DNA of 64,000 nucleotides from an uncultured delta proteobacterium (GCA_963827685.1 CAWHBU010000006.1:128001-192000); one strand, 5' to 3'; shown: positions 51,966 to 63,162, counted from the first letter of the stretch. Numbers and translations are program-made. Notes: a model not told the origin generated them from the sequence alone.

Positions 51966-52220
51966 TGCTGGGAGATTGCATATAGGATATCAAATAGAAA
52001 CTTTTTAGAGTCGGTTGGAACCAGCGAATAGATAGCAGCTGAACCTTCGTGAAAAGGGAGTTCTCCTTCATCCTTTTTGGTTAATGCTTTCACCCGCTGC
52101 GAAATTGCCAACCTTTGGAAATAAGGTCTACTTCTTTTTGTGGAACAAGGAAGAGAACTATTATCTTGGATAGCAGTATTAGCCATTCTTAAATAGAAAA
52201 TTCTTCCACCTCCTTTCAGT

Positions 52221-52994
52221 TTAGTGAGCGGTCCAGCCTCCATCGACCAGAAGGATATGACCCGTCACCAGATTGGACGCCTCTGAGGCCAGATAGATCA
52301 CTGCCCCAGTGACATCTTCGGGTTTTCCAACTCTCCCTAAAGGAATATTTCCCAGCACGTACTCACGAAAACCCTCTTTCTCAAACATAGGCTTCGTGAA
52401 AGGAGTCTCAATAAAGGTAGGGGCAATCGCATTGACGTTGATGTTGTACTGGGCCCACTCGATGGCCAGGAGTTTTGTCAGTTGATTCACACCTCCCTTG
52501 CTCGAGCAGTAAGCTGCTCTTTGGGGGATGGCGATCGTACCTGTTTGCGATGAGACATTGATGATCTTTCCCTTCTTCTGCTGGATCATCACCTTTCCCA
52601 CTGCTTGAGCACAGAAGAAGAGGGCTTTGAGATTCGTATCGACGACCCTGTCCCAAGCTTCCTCGGTAACATCAACCGCCCATTGGGTGATGTTCACCCC
52701 TGCGTTGTTTACAAGAATGTCGATATGGCGGAAGGTTTTCACGGATTGCTCTACCATGATATGAATCTCAGGAATCTTTGTGACATCCACCCGCTGGATC
52801 AGAACTCTCCGGCCGAGTTTCTCTATCTCCGCTCCCACTCTTTCCAACTCTGATTCCGTCCGACTGCAGACAACCATATCGGCCCCGTATTTGGCCAACG
52901 CCAACGCGATGTGGTATCCCATTCCTCTGCCAGCGCCCGTAACCATGGCAACCTTCCCTGTGAGATCGAATTCAGAAAAAGGAACCTTCTCCAT
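52221..52994 (-). CDS. Short-chain dehydrogenase/reductase
   Basis: TGAGRGMG, NNAG, YCSSK, VDGGWTA. Confidence 0.93.
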   Translation of the reverse strand: MEKVPFSEFDLTGKVAMVTGAGRGMGYHIALALAKYGADMVVCSRTESELERVGAEIEKLGRRVLIQRVDVTKIPEIHIMVEQSVKTFRHIDILVNNAGVNITQWAVDVTEEAWDRVVDTNLKALFFCAQAVGKVMIQQKKGKIINVSSQTGTIAIPQRAAYCSSKGGVNQLTKLLAIEWAQYNINVNAIAPTFIETPFTKPMFEKEGFREYVLGNIPLGRVGKPEDVTGAVIYLASEASNLVTGHILLVDGGWTAH

Positions 52995-53014
52995 AAGCTC
53001 TCCACAGTTCTTTA

Positions 53015-54853
53015 TCATTGATCCAGTCCTAACTCCTCTAATTTGCCTGGGGTAGGAATCCCATCTTCACTCCACCCCCGATAGGTGTAGTAGTCGCTCA
53101 AAAGCCTTCCCATGGGCGGAAGCTGATTGCTCAAATCCTCTCCTGTCCGCTTTAAGGTCATAAACCGATAAGGAAGAAAATCATCTTTTCGGCTTGCGCC
53201 AAGTCGACAATTGTACATTCTCTTCAGGTTAAAGAGCCTCTCACCCACCTTCATATATTCAGAAATTTCCATGTTCCAACCGGTGATCAAATTAAGCCAA
53301 TCCACATGATTGGTCACATTGACAGCCTTTCCCACTTGAGAAAATCGACAGATGATCAGGGCGTCCATCGCGCACATCAGATCCTGCATCTTTGCTGTAA
53401 ATTCCGCCTTTCCCTCAATCCCATAAGGATCCTGTGGTTCTGAATATCCTATCTCCGTTATGTAGAGAGCCAGTTCATAAGGATGGCTCCAGCTCGCATT
53501 GTGACAGGCTCCCCGGGCCGCCGTTCCGTAAGAGAGGGCCTGGCTGAAAAATCTTCTCGGATCGTGAGCAGAAGGTTCTAATCCCTTCACATGGATGGCA
53601 AACTCGGTGGCATTCTTTCCAAGTGCCTCCGCCATCCTTTTTGAACCTTCTGTCATGAGTTTCCCGATTCCTTCGCCTTTCCCCATTTTATGAACCATCT
53701 CTACCATGGCGTTTGCATTTCCCCAGACCAGTTCAATTCCGTCCGTATCTTCCTTTGTAATGATTCCCTTTTCATAAGCCTCCATGGCAAAGGCAATGAT
53801 GCCACCGGCAGAGATCGTATCCAGCCCATACTGATTGCAGAGTTGGTTTGCCTTGCAAATGGCTACCAGATCGTCCACCAGACAGAGTCCACCCAACGTC
53901 CCGATGGTCTCATACTCCGGCCCCTCACAGTCCATGGGTGCATAAGGACCTTCTGTAACCTTGATGTGTCTTCCGCAGGCAATGGGGCAGTGCATGCAGG
54001 CCCTTCTTCCAGAGAGGATCGTATCATGCATGGCCGCCCCCGAAATCTTTTTGGCTCCTGCCCACCTTCCCTGTCTCCAATTCTTCACAGGGAAATTTCC
54101 AATCTTTTCATAGTTGTCGATACCGCCCGAGGTGCCAAGCTTCCCGAAGGCCTCTGTCGTCCCTTGAATGTGGGGGGTAATTTCTTTGATGTACGCCTTT
54201 AACTCATCAGGCTTAGCAACGGAAATCGGACCTTCTCCATAAACGACCATAGCTTTCAGATTCTTAGAACCCATCACTGCCCCGAGCCCCGTGCGAGCTG
54301 CTGCTCTCACGATATGGCCAATATGAGGAATGCTTGCAATCTTGGCCATGCGCTCTCCTGCAGGTCCGATCACGGCTGCTGTGGCCTCCTTTGCAGTCTC
54401 CCGCTTCAACCATTCCGCTGACTCATAAGAGTCTTTCCCCCAGATGGGCTTAGCGTCCCGAAGCTCCACTTTCCCGTCCCGAATCCAGAGGTAGAGGGGG
54501 GTTTCTGATTTTCCTTTAATCACGATCCCATCGAATCCGGCTTTTTTGAAGTGCACTGCCCAGGATCCTCCCACATTCGATTCCCCAAAGAAACCAGTAA
54601 GAGGAGAACGAGCTACCAGATGATGCCTTCCTGAAGTGGGAACCCCTGTCCCTGTATAAGGACCTGTCATAGCTATGAGAATATTCTCAGGAGAGAGAGG
54701 TTCGGTTTTTGGCCCGGTCTCTTCATTGAGAATTCTCGCCTCAACGCCGAGACCTCCAACATACTTTCGAATCAACCCTTCATTGAGGTCCTCCACTTCA
54801 ATTTTTCTGTTTGTCAAATCCACTCTTAACAACTTCTTATGATAGCCGAACAC
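53015..54853 (-). CDS. aor: Aldehyde:ferredoxin oxidoreductase family (W-pterin)
   Basis: LRVDLT, GAVMGSKNLKA, CxxCPIAC, EGPEYET, GLDTIS, DPR. Confidence 0.92.
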   Translation of the reverse strand: MFGYHKKLLRVDLTNRKIEVEDLNEGLIRKYVGGLGVEARILNEETGPKTEPLSPENILIAMTGPYTGTGVPTSGRHHLVARSPLTGFFGESNVGGSWAVHFKKAGFDGIVIKGKSETPLYLWIRDGKVELRDAKPIWGKDSYESAEWLKRETAKEATAAVIGPAGERMAKIASIPHIGHIVRAAARTGLGAVMGSKNLKAMVVYGEGPISVAKPDELKAYIKEITPHIQGTTEAFGKLGTSGGIDNYEKIGNFPVKNWRQGRWAGAKKISGAAMHDTILSGRRACMHCPIACGRHIKVTEGPYAPMDCEGPEYETIGTLGGLCLVDDLVAICKANQLCNQYGLDTISAGGIIAFAMEAYEKGIITKEDTDGIELVWGNANAMVEMVHKMGKGEGIGKLMTEGSKRMAEALGKNATEFAIHVKGLEPSAHDPRRFFSQALSYGTAARGACHNASWSHPYELALYITEIGYSEPQDPYGIEGKAEFTAKMQDLMCAMDALIICRFSQVGKAVNVTNHVDWLNLITGWNMEISEYMKVGERLFNLKRMYNCRLGASRKDDFLPYRFMTLKRTGEDLSNQLPPMGRLLSDYYTYRGWSEDGIPTPGKLEELGLDQ

Positions 54854-54868
54854 GGATGTTCCTCCTTT

Positions 54869-56029
54869 TTACAGAGCTTTTTCGTAGATCCGTTCCACAT
54901 CTTGGACGGTCATGGCTCGGGGATTATTCCCCATCAGTCTTGTCACGTTGATGGCAGCTTTGGCCATAGCGGGAATAGCTTCCTTGGGGACTTTCAACTC
55001 AGTAAGAGATTGCGGGATTTTCAGGTCCCTGTAAATGGCTTTGACCGTCTTGGCTGCATGGTAGGCCTGATCGAGCAATGATAAATGTTCCACTTTTTCC
55101 CCGAGAAATTGGGCGACTTGGGCAAATTTTTGGATATTGCCCAGGACATTGAACTCCATCACATAGGGAAGCAAAAGGCCGTTGGCGATCCCATGGGCAA
55201 CATTGAATTGCCCTCCGAGAGGATAAGCGAGGGCATGCACGGCTGTGACACCCGCATTGGCTAAAGAGATTCCTGAATAGAGGCTGCCGATCGCCATATT
55301 GTAACGGGCCTCCAGGTCATTTCCGTTGGCGACAGCCGTCCTTAAACTCCTGCCGATCATAATCATCGACTCCTTGGCAAAGAGGTCCGTCAGGATGGTA
55401 GCGTTATTAGAGGTATAAGATTCAATTGCATGGGTGAGGGCATCAATGCCGCTGGAGGAAGTCACAGAAGGTGGCATGGAAAGATGGAGCAGGGGGTCGA
55501 TGATGGCAACCCGAGGGAGAATGTGCGGACTGACCACGGCCTTCTTTAATCTCTCTTTTGTATCGGTCAGGATGGCATTTGGCGTCACCTCTGCGCCGGT
55601 CCCGGCAGTCGTGGGGATCAGGATCGTCGGGATACCTGGGTTCTTAACAAGGTTGACCCCAAAATAATCATACACCGTTCCGCCGTTGGTCATCATCACC
55701 GAGGCGATGGAGGCGATATCCATGGAACTTCCGCCGCCGACGCCGATAATAAGATCGTATCGATCCTTTTGGACCGCATCGATGCAGGCTTCCGCATTGG
55801 CGATGTCCGGGTCAGACATCACCTTGTCAAAGATTCCAACGCTCACCCCGTTCTTTTCGAGATGATCTTTAATCTTTTTTTCTATTCCTGAATTGACAAC
55901 GCCCTGATCAGTAACGACCAGAGCCTTTCGGGCTCCGATATTCATCGCCTCTTGACCCAATCGATCCAAAGCTCCAAATCCAGCAAGAATGAGATGAGGC
56001 GACCTGAGGCTTATGATTCTATTATCCAT
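54869..56029 (-). CDS. Iron-containing alcohol dehydrogenase
   Basis: GGGSSMD, PTTAGTGAE, DALTHAIE, HALAY...HGIAN. Confidence 0.94.
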   Translation of the reverse strand: MDNRIISLRSPHLILAGFGALDRLGQEAMNIGARKALVVTDQGVVNSGIEKKIKDHLEKNGVSVGIFDKVMSDPDIANAEACIDAVQKDRYDLIIGVGGGSSMDIASIASVMMTNGGTVYDYFGVNLVKNPGIPTILIPTTAGTGAEVTPNAILTDTKERLKKAVVSPHILPRVAIIDPLLHLSMPPSVTSSSGIDALTHAIESYTSNNATILTDLFAKESMIMIGRSLRTAVANGNDLEARYNMAIGSLYSGISLANAGVTAVHALAYPLGGQFNVAHGIANGLLLPYVMEFNVLGNIQKFAQVAQFLGEKVEHLSLLDQAYHAAKTVKAIYRDLKIPQSLTELKVPKEAIPAMAKAAINVTRLMGNNPRAMTVQDVERIYEKAL

Positions 56030-56139
56030 AAAAAATCCTCCTCAAACAAATAGAAGCAAGCTGAATAGCGCTCCCACCGTCTTTCGATATTTGATGGCCT
56101 TCTAAAGCTCATCCGAAGTTATTAAATCTCGATAAGAGC

Positions 56140-56156
56140 TGCATAAAAAGAACCAT
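56140..56156 (-). promoter_or_regulatory. Possible sigma54 promoter of the ADH-AOR-SDR operon
   Basis: Minus strand TGGTTC-TTTTT-ATGCA with correct GG-N10-GC spacing. Confidence 0.4.
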
Positions 56157-56572
56157 TTTATTTTAATTGCAATGCCTTCCTTCACCTGATTAGGTTCGAT
56201 CTGTTCCAATGAGTCGAGTTGTAATCAAGCTTAATGGCCGAGGTGTATGCAGTGGCTGAAAACTATCCGCACCTGTCAGTTGCTGGCTAATAATCCCTCT
56301 TTTGCTCTCAAGTGTACCGATTTAATAAACCCTCCACTCTCCTCTTCCCTTAGAAATCAACTTTTACGGGATCCGCGTCGACTACTTTCGCGGATTTTGC
56401 AAACTCCCAATTCCTCTTCGTTTGCGACGAAACAGGCCATCCAAGGAGGAAGTGCGTGGGGTGTTAAAGATGTTCTGAGGTGGTCCGAGATCCATCACTC
56501 GCCTTTGTAGATAAAATTGATCTTGTCGCCTACCGTGGCTATGAATTTCGTCTCGACACCATTTATCCCTTT

Positions 56573-56989
56573 CTATAAAATTTCCTTTTTTCTCTCCACC
56601 AACTCCACTAGCACGTTGTTTGTCTCCTCAGGGCTTACAAAAGCAACCCAAGACCCTCCAGCTCCGGGTCGAGGTTTCTCATCTCTTAATTTAACGCCCA
56701 TCTTATTCATGTCACCCAATATAGTTGCTAAATTATTGACTCTGTAGGCTATGTGATGCATACCTTCTCCGTGCTTTTCCAAAAACTCGCCAACCCTCCC
56801 TTTCCCAATCACTAGCGGTTGCACCAACTCCAGCATAACTTCTCCGACCGGGATGAAAGCAATCCGCACAGATAGTTCTTCCATGGTTTCAATGTGTTTA
56901 GCTTTTATTCGAAATAATTTTTCGTATCGCTTTAAGGATTCGTCAATGTTGTGAACCGCTATTCCTATGTGATCAATCTGTTTGAGCAT
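56573..56989 (-). CDS. VOC-family protein, methylmalonyl-CoA epimerase-like
   Basis: IDHIGIAV, LELVQP, GEGMHHIA, VLVELVE. Confidence 0.88.
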   Translation of the reverse strand: MLKQIDHIGIAVHNIDESLKRYEKLFRIKAKHIETMEELSVRIAFIPVGEVMLELVQPLVIGKGRVGEFLEKHGEGMHHIAYRVNNLATILGDMNKMGVKLRDEKPRPGAGGSWVAFVSPEETNNVLVELVERKKEIL

Positions 56990-57288
56990 GGTATTTTCCT
57001 CCTTGTGATCTAAATTCAGCTCCAACGATTTATTCCCCCTTATGAATGCCGCTGGTAGAAAATAAATTGCTCATTTTTTATGTATAAGATAATTTTATGT
57101 TTACCGCGAATTACATAAAATCTGTCCCCTCTCTAAACGGTACCCTGAGTGGCTAGATCTCTGGATTTTTCCTCAGGAATTTTCCTTATACGCTTGTTTT
57201 CTTTTTTCCGTATCTTTCCAAAACGAAAGTGAATGACATATCATCAATTTCAAGAGCTTCTTTTCCCTGGATGTTATATCCCAAAAAC

Positions 57289-57756
57289 TTAATGATTTTT
57301 TCTAAGGGAACTCACGAACAATACCGGGCGGAGAGATGATTTTATCACGATTTCCGCTGTACTACCTAAAACCTTATCGGTTATGCTTTTCCTCCCTCGA
57401 GTCCCCATTACTATTATGTCGACAGATTCTTTTTCGGCTACTGATAAAATTTCACGAAAATCAACCCCCCGTCTCAAAAGAATCTCGTAATCCGAGAACT
57501 CATTCAATTTTTGGAGGTAATGGATGCCAATCTTATCAGTTATCTCTTGTTTTTGAGACTCTTCTAATGCCAACACTTGATTAGGAGAGAGGTACACGAA
57601 CAGTTGTCCTCGAACTGCTTCTCGATTTATAAGGTCTGTCATAACATGAAGGATCAGTAGCTTTGCATGATATGTTCTTGCAAGATTAACCGCGTACTCA
57701 AAGGCTCTAATAGAAATTTCGGAAAAGTCACCATAAAATAGTATCTTTTTAAACAT
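57289..57756 (-). CDS. Universal stress protein
   Basis: MFKKILFYGDFS, DIIVMGTRG, LGSTAE. Confidence 0.88.
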   Translation of the reverse strand: MFKKILFYGDFSEISIRAFEYAVNLARTYHAKLLILHVMTDLINREAVRGQLFVYLSPNQVLALEESQKQEITDKIGIHYLQKLNEFSDYEILLRRGVDFREILSVAEKESVDIIVMGTRGRKSITDKVLGSTAEIVIKSSLRPVLFVSSLRKNH

Positions 57757-57878
57757 AAGGTTTTTAACACTTTTGGTGAAAAATCTATTATTCCTTGTTA
57801 TCAATAAGTCTCTTGAAGATCTCGTTAATTGGCAATCGATGAGTTAAGATTAGAATAATTGAAATTATTATTTTAATC

Positions 57879-58112
57879 TCAGATCTTTGTAGAAGCTGAT
57901 TGTTCTAAAATTTTAATTGCCCTCCCAGCATCTGATTCATTTACCTCCACACTGACACTCCCAATAACATAAGGATAAAACCAATCCTTAGAAAGAATAC
58001 GTTCGTCAACGATGAAGCATTCTATTCCTTCCGACTCAATTTTTGTTTTAGCGGTTTGGGCGTCAATCACCCGACTAAAACAACCAATCGTGATTCTCTT
58101 CTCTAAATTCAC
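57879..58112 (-). CDS. DUF2007-like small protein
   Basis: DAQTAKTKIESEGIECFIVDE...VEVNESDAGRAIKIL. Confidence 0.65.
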   Translation of the reverse strand: MNLEKRITIGCFSRVIDAQTAKTKIESEGIECFIVDERILSKDWFYPYVIGSVSVEVNESDAGRAIKILEQSASTKI

Positions 58113-58183
58113 TATTCCAATATGGACCTTTCCATATTTGATTCATTTCCCATGACTCGAGACGTTTATAAACCGACTCTTTC

Positions 58184-58768
58184 CTAAAACTTATTTCTGT
58201 GTAGCCAACTGAATTCCGGTCTTCTTGGAGTAAATGAAAGAAGTTTTTCTCTAGAATAAAGATCCTCTCCCGCTTCACCAAATTTCAAAACAGCGGTGAG
58301 CTCATAACCGTCTGGGAGACCTAGAATTTTCTCGGCTTCCTTTTTGTGTTTTCCCCAGTAAGTTACGATTCCTCCTCCAAGCCCTTCAGCGACTGCGGCC
58401 AAGAGCATGTTTTCTATACAAAGCCAAACACTTACACGGTTTTCCTCCCCTATTTTGTTGCAGACAGCGACAGTGCTTGCATTTTGGAAAAATTTTTTCT
58501 GATTGAGGGCCCTCATCTCAACCTCTTCTGAGCTTACATTTCCTTGGAAATGTTTGGGAGGCAAACGTCTGTTCTGCTGGTATTTTAGCTCTGCAAGTTG
58601 GTCAATAATCTTCTGGTCATCAACATTAACGAACTCCCACGGTTGGCGGTTCATCCCTGAGGGTGCTTTGGAGCCTGCCAGGAAAATTCTCTTTAGTTGT
58701 TCTTCCGATGCCTTCCTTGTAAAAGTGCGAACCGTCCTTCTTTTATCAATCGCTTCGTAAGTATCCAT
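58184..58768 (-). CDS. Nitroreductase family protein
   Basis: KRRTVRTF, APSGMNRQPW, ENMLLAAVAEGLG. Confidence 0.9.
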   Translation of the reverse strand: MDTYEAIDKRRTVRTFTRKASEEQLKRIFLAGSKAPSGMNRQPWEFVNVDDQKIIDQLAELKYQQNRRLPPKHFQGNVSSEEVEMRALNQKKFFQNASTVAVCNKIGEENRVSVWLCIENMLLAAVAEGLGGGIVTYWGKHKKEAEKILGLPDGYELTAVLKFGEAGEDLYSREKLLSFTPRRPEFSWLHRNKF

Positions 58769-58931
58769 TTTTTCTCCTTTCCTTGAAAGCGTCACCACAT
58801 CAAAGTTGTTGTTATGCCCTGTATCAGAATTGAAGAAACAAATCGCTTTCCTTAGTACAATTGAAATCTCTCTAAAGACCGCACTCGGCCTCTTTTGTAA
58901 ATAATCAGCTTCCCAAAATGGATCGCCTACG

Positions 58932-59417
58932 TTACAAAAAATCAGCTTGTTTGCTCCTTCGCGATTCTGACAATGTGTATGGATTTCCGAAAATTAATGC
59001 TTGATTCGGGCAGTTCTGGACACAAGCAGGCAACAATCCCTTATCGATACGATCATAACAAAGGTTACAGACTTGCATGACTTTTTTCTCCGGATTATAT
59101 TGCGGTGCTCCAAAGGGGCAAGCTTCAACACAATTTTCGCAACAAATACATAGATCTTCATTGAAGATCACGATCCCGTCCTTACGTTTAGAAATTGCAT
59201 CTACAGGGCATGCCTTTATACAAGGTGGATTCTCGCAATGCCTACAGTGCATAGGGACAAATTCCATGACAATCTTCCCCGCAACCTCCTTGGGTCCTAC
59301 CTGAATCACCCTTATCCACCTTGGACCAACGGGCAAGTTATGCTCCAATTTGCATACTACCTCGCAAGCTAAACAACCAGTACAAAGATGCGAATCTGCA
59401 AGTAGAGTAATTCTCAT
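58932..59417 (-). CDS. Four-cluster [4Fe-4S] subunit (DmsB/NrfC-like)
   Basis: CTGCLACEVVC, CRHCENPPCIKACP, CICCENCVEACP, CNLC...PACVQNCP. Confidence 0.92.
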   Translation of the reverse strand: MRITLLADSHLCTGCLACEVVCKLEHNLPVGPRWIRVIQVGPKEVAGKIVMEFVPMHCRHCENPPCIKACPVDAISKRKDGIVIFNEDLCICCENCVEACPFGAPQYNPEKKVMQVCNLCYDRIDKGLLPACVQNCPNQALIFGNPYTLSESRRSKQADFL

Positions 59418-59420
59418 AAA

Positions 59421-61607
59421 TTAATCCTCCTTCACTTTACAGATGCGGCAGAGGATTCCCCTCAATGTAGAGGCTCCAGACACCGGATCATATGGACCGT
59501 CGTTAGATAATACGAGATTTATGCTCGATTGCCAGCAACCATGGTCGGGAGTCTTTACCTCAGGAAACCACCAATGTGAAGGGGCGTGAACAACGTCAGG
59601 GCGAACGGCTCTTGTTAAAGTGGCGGGCATCTTAACTCTTTCTTTTGATCCTGGAGTTTCTATCCAAACCCAATCACCTTCTTTGATGTTAAGTACCCTT
59701 GCGGTTTCTGGATGAATTTCTAATAACGGCATAGGTTGTAGTTCTCTACACCATGGAATCTGCCGATATCCCGAATGGTAGTAAGCTATGTGTCTACCGC
59801 CGGTTATCAAATTGAGCGGATAATCCTTAAGTAGTTCTGGGGCAGAAACTGGAGTTAACGCATTCTCCGAATAATAAGGCAAGGGATCATAACCATGTCT
59901 TTTGAGCAAAGAGGAGTACAATTCCACTCGGCCAGACGGTGTAGCAAAGCCTGTCTTTTCATATTTCTTGTATTCAATAATTCCTTCAATATAGCCTATT
60001 TTCTTAAGATCCTCGAAGGTGATACCCATGCCGGCTAGCTGGTAGTCAAAGAAATCTTGAGGGGAATGCCATGGACCTGGTACTTTAAAACCCATCCGCC
60101 TGATTATCTCCAGATCCATCATTGCGTCATCCATAGTTTCACCCAGTGGTTCTACTACTTTCTGTCGGGCCGCAACGAAATCCTTGTGACCAATGTTATA
60201 ACGAGCTTCTTCCAATCCATCTTTTTCAAGCCACATTGTAGGCGGTAAGATGATATCGCAGAGCTCCATTGTAGGCGTCATGAAGAAGTCGGACCCAACT
60301 GTGAACTCCAAATTCATAACAGCCTCATACGTCTCCTTTTGGCCTTCCAAGCAAAGGATAATATCATTGAGAAACCAGTTGGCTTTAATAGGATATGGCT
60401 CGCCAGTTAGGATAGTGTGGACTACTGAAGGGGGATGGGCACAACTTAGACCAAGAGAATCCGAACTAGAAAGTAGCGGATATTGTCTAGCGCCTATACG
60501 GGTGTCTTCAACCTCCTTCGGCAAACGAAGTTCGTTCCGGGAGTCAATAATGTTAAACATACCCTTGAAACCTGCAGGCTTATTCGGGCCGACATGCCCG
60601 CCCTTAATATCCAAATTTCCACAGATAGCGACCATGATTAAAATAGCCCGGCATGTCTGCATTACATTTCTATTCTGTTGCACACCCTCTCGACAATAAT
60701 GTATTGATGGTTTTATCGTAGCATACATTCTCGCAGCATTAACAATTTGTTCAGAATCCAGGCCAGTTATTTCTGCGACACGATTAAGAGGGTATTCTTG
60801 AACTCTTTCTCGAAGTTCGGCGAATCCGATACACCATTTGTCAACAAATTGCTTATCATAGAGATTCTCATTAATGATAACTTTTAGCATTCCAAGGGCT
60901 AGGGCATCATCAGTACCTGGTCTGATTTGTAAAAACAAGTCCGCTTTAGAAGCTGTTTGGGTAAGTCTGGGGTCTATAACAATCAGCTTCGCCCCATTTT
61001 TTACACCAATCATAATGTCCCTTGCCCGAGTAGGATGAGTCATTACTGGATTACCACCCCAGACAAAAATGCATTTGCTATTGCGATAATCGAGGCCTCT
61101 TTCACCAGCGCCATATTCGCCAAAAGTAGCTCGTTGTGCAATCATAAGTGGATGCATACAGTAATGAGCATCGGAATGCCAATGGGTAGCACTTCCCATT
61201 GCCTTGAGCCAAGCCTGTTTAGACCACCAACATGAATGGACGGCCGCATCTCCCCAAGACCAACCAATTGCGTTAGGGCCATATTTGTCCCGGATATCCC
61301 TAAATTTGGAGGCGGTGTAATCTAAGGCTTCGTCCTTGGAAATGCGTTGCCATTTGCCTTCACCGCGTTTCCCGGTTCTCTTTAGAGGATATAAGATCCG
61401 GTCCGGGTGATAAAGGAACTGTATGGCACTCAGACCTTTAGCGCACAACGAACCCTCATTTTTGGGATGGTTGGGATCCCCTTGAAGTTTAACAACTTTG
61501 CCGTTTTCGACATGCGCCAGCACACCGCAGTCACAGTGGCAACCGGAGCACAAGGTCCTAATCACCTCAATACGTTCTTCAAATCTTCTTTTCTCCTCAG
61601 TGGGCAT
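59421..61607 (-). CDS. Mo/W-bisPGD oxidoreductase, acetylene hydratase-like clade
   Basis: CSGCHCDC...LCAKG Fe-S motif; no Tat signal; PGTDDAL, DFFMTPT; HYCM at the Cys-ligand position. Confidence 0.88.
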   Translation of the reverse strand: MPTEEKRRFEERIEVIRTLCSGCHCDCGVLAHVENGKVVKLQGDPNHPKNEGSLCAKGLSAIQFLYHPDRILYPLKRTGKRGEGKWQRISKDEALDYTASKFRDIRDKYGPNAIGWSWGDAAVHSCWWSKQAWLKAMGSATHWHSDAHYCMHPLMIAQRATFGEYGAGERGLDYRNSKCIFVWGGNPVMTHPTRARDIMIGVKNGAKLIVIDPRLTQTASKADLFLQIRPGTDDALALGMLKVIINENLYDKQFVDKWCIGFAELRERVQEYPLNRVAEITGLDSEQIVNAARMYATIKPSIHYCREGVQQNRNVMQTCRAILIMVAICGNLDIKGGHVGPNKPAGFKGMFNIIDSRNELRLPKEVEDTRIGARQYPLLSSSDSLGLSCAHPPSVVHTILTGEPYPIKANWFLNDIILCLEGQKETYEAVMNLEFTVGSDFFMTPTMELCDIILPPTMWLEKDGLEEARYNIGHKDFVAARQKVVEPLGETMDDAMMDLEIIRRMGFKVPGPWHSPQDFFDYQLAGMGITFEDLKKIGYIEGIIEYKKYEKTGFATPSGRVELYSSLLKRHGYDPLPYYSENALTPVSAPELLKDYPLNLITGGRHIAYYHSGYRQIPWCRELQPMPLLEIHPETARVLNIKEGDWVWIETPGSKERVKMPATLTRAVRPDVVHAPSHWWFPEVKTPDHGCWQSSINLVLSNDGPYDPVSGASTLRGILCRICKVKED

Positions 61608-61699
61608 CTAAAGCTCCCTTCATAGAACCACACAAGTCGTAGCATATCCCCTTTGGCTTGTTAGAAAACAAACTCGCTTCAGCAGAAGATTAGAGCCCC

Positions 61700-62410
61700 T
61701 CACAGCCCCAGATATATTTCTTTAACATGAGGATTATTGATTAAGTCATTACTCTTTCCTTCTAAGGCTATTTCCCCTGTTTCAAGCACGTAAGTCCGAC
61801 TAGAAATATCCAGTGTCGCTGTAGAATTCTGTTCAACCAAAAGAGTAGTAAGACCCTCTTCAGCAATTTTCTTTATCGTACCGAATAATGTTTCTGTTAC
61901 TAATGGGGCAAGACCAAAAGAGGGCTCATCAAGCATCAAGAGCTTAGGTCTGCTCATCAAACCTCTTGCAACAGCAACCATTTGTTGCTCGCCACCACTT
62001 AACGTCCCCGCAAGCTGGTGCATTCGTTCTCCTAAAACTGGGAAGAGGTTGAAAATCCAATCGTTTATATCTTTCCTGATGCCGTCCATATCGTTTCGAA
62101 GGTAAGCTCCTAGTTCAATATTTTCTAAAACCTCCATTCTCGGAAAAAGTTGCCTTCCTTCCGGTACTTGACATATCCCCATTTTTACGATCTGGTCCGG
62201 TTTTAAACGAGAAATCTCTTTTTCCATAAAGTACACCTGTCCCTTTGTTAAAGGGACAAACCCTGATATCGCCCTCAGCAAAGTAGTTTTTCCCGCGCCA
62301 TTGGCACCGATAATACCAATTATTTCTTTTTCTGAAATCTTCACTGAAATCCCCTTAAGGACCTCAATTTTTCCGTACCCGCAATGAATATCGTTAACCT
62401 GCAGTAGCAT
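61700..62410 (-). CDS. livF: Branched-chain-type ABC ATPase
   Basis: GANGAGKTT, VPEGRQLF, LSGGEQQM. Confidence 0.9.
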   Translation of the reverse strand: MLLQVNDIHCGYGKIEVLKGISVKISEKEIIGIIGANGAGKTTLLRAISGFVPLTKGQVYFMEKEISRLKPDQIVKMGICQVPEGRQLFPRMEVLENIELGAYLRNDMDGIRKDINDWIFNLFPVLGERMHQLAGTLSGGEQQMVAVARGLMSRPKLLMLDEPSFGLAPLVTETLFGTIKKIAEEGLTTLLVEQNSTATLDISSRTYVLETGEIALEGKSNDLINNPHVKEIYLGL

Positions 62411-63155
62411 ATTTAGACCCTAAATAAGCTCTTATTACATTTTCGTTTTTAGCTATTTCTTTAGGAGTACCTTCTGCAATCTTTTCACCATGATTTAGAA
62501 CAACTATCCTATCGCATATCGACATTACAGCTTTCATGTTGTGCTCAATTAGCAGAACTGGGATCAACCTGTTTCTCACCTCTTGAATAATACCCATTAT
62601 CCGTTGTACCTCAATTGGGTTTAGACCCGCAGAAGGTTCGTCCAATAATATTATTTTTGGCTCTGTGCATAATGCCATACCTATGCCAAGAAGAGTCTGA
62701 CAGATGAGCGGTATATCCTTTGCCAGTTTTTCTTCTAATGGAGATAATTTGAGAAATTCAGCAATGCTCGTTGCTTTTTCTTCTCTTCCAGAGTTCAGGT
62801 AAGGCCGCCCTCCTTTCGTCAAGCGACAATGTCTAGCGATATTCATATTTTCAACAACGGTCAAGTTCTGGAACACTCTCGTACCTTGAAAAGTTCTAGC
62901 AATTCCCTTTTCAACAATTTTGTGGGGTGGTAATTTTGTGATATCATCTCCATCTAACGACATTCTTCCGGCATCAAGTGGCAATAAACCAGAGATCAAG
63001 TTATAGATCGTAGTCTTTCCCGCTCCATTCGGGCCTATTAGTCCAAGGATTTCTGTCTTAGCGGAGCAAAAACTAACATCTTTGACTGCATTAAGTCCCC
63101 CAAAAGATTTAGTTAATCCTTCGATTTTTAGAAATTCTTCTGATTGTACTTTCAT
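62394..63155 (-). CDS. livG: Branched-chain-type ABC ATPase
   Basis: FGGLNAV, GPNGAGKTT, GIARTFQ, VIRAYLG. Confidence 0.9.
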   Translation of the reverse strand: MKVQSEEFLKIEGLTKSFGGLNAVKDVSFCSAKTEILGLIGPNGAGKTTIYNLISGLLPLDAGRMSLDGDDITKLPPHKIVEKGIARTFQGTRVFQNLTVVENMNIARHCRLTKGGRPYLNSGREEKATSIAEFLKLSPLEEKLAKDIPLICQTLLGIGMALCTEPKIILLDEPSAGLNPIEVQRIMGIIQEVRNRLIPVLLIEHNMKAVMSICDRIVVLNHGEKIAEGTPKEIAKNENVIRAYLGSKYATAG

Positions 63156-63162
63156 TTCTTTA

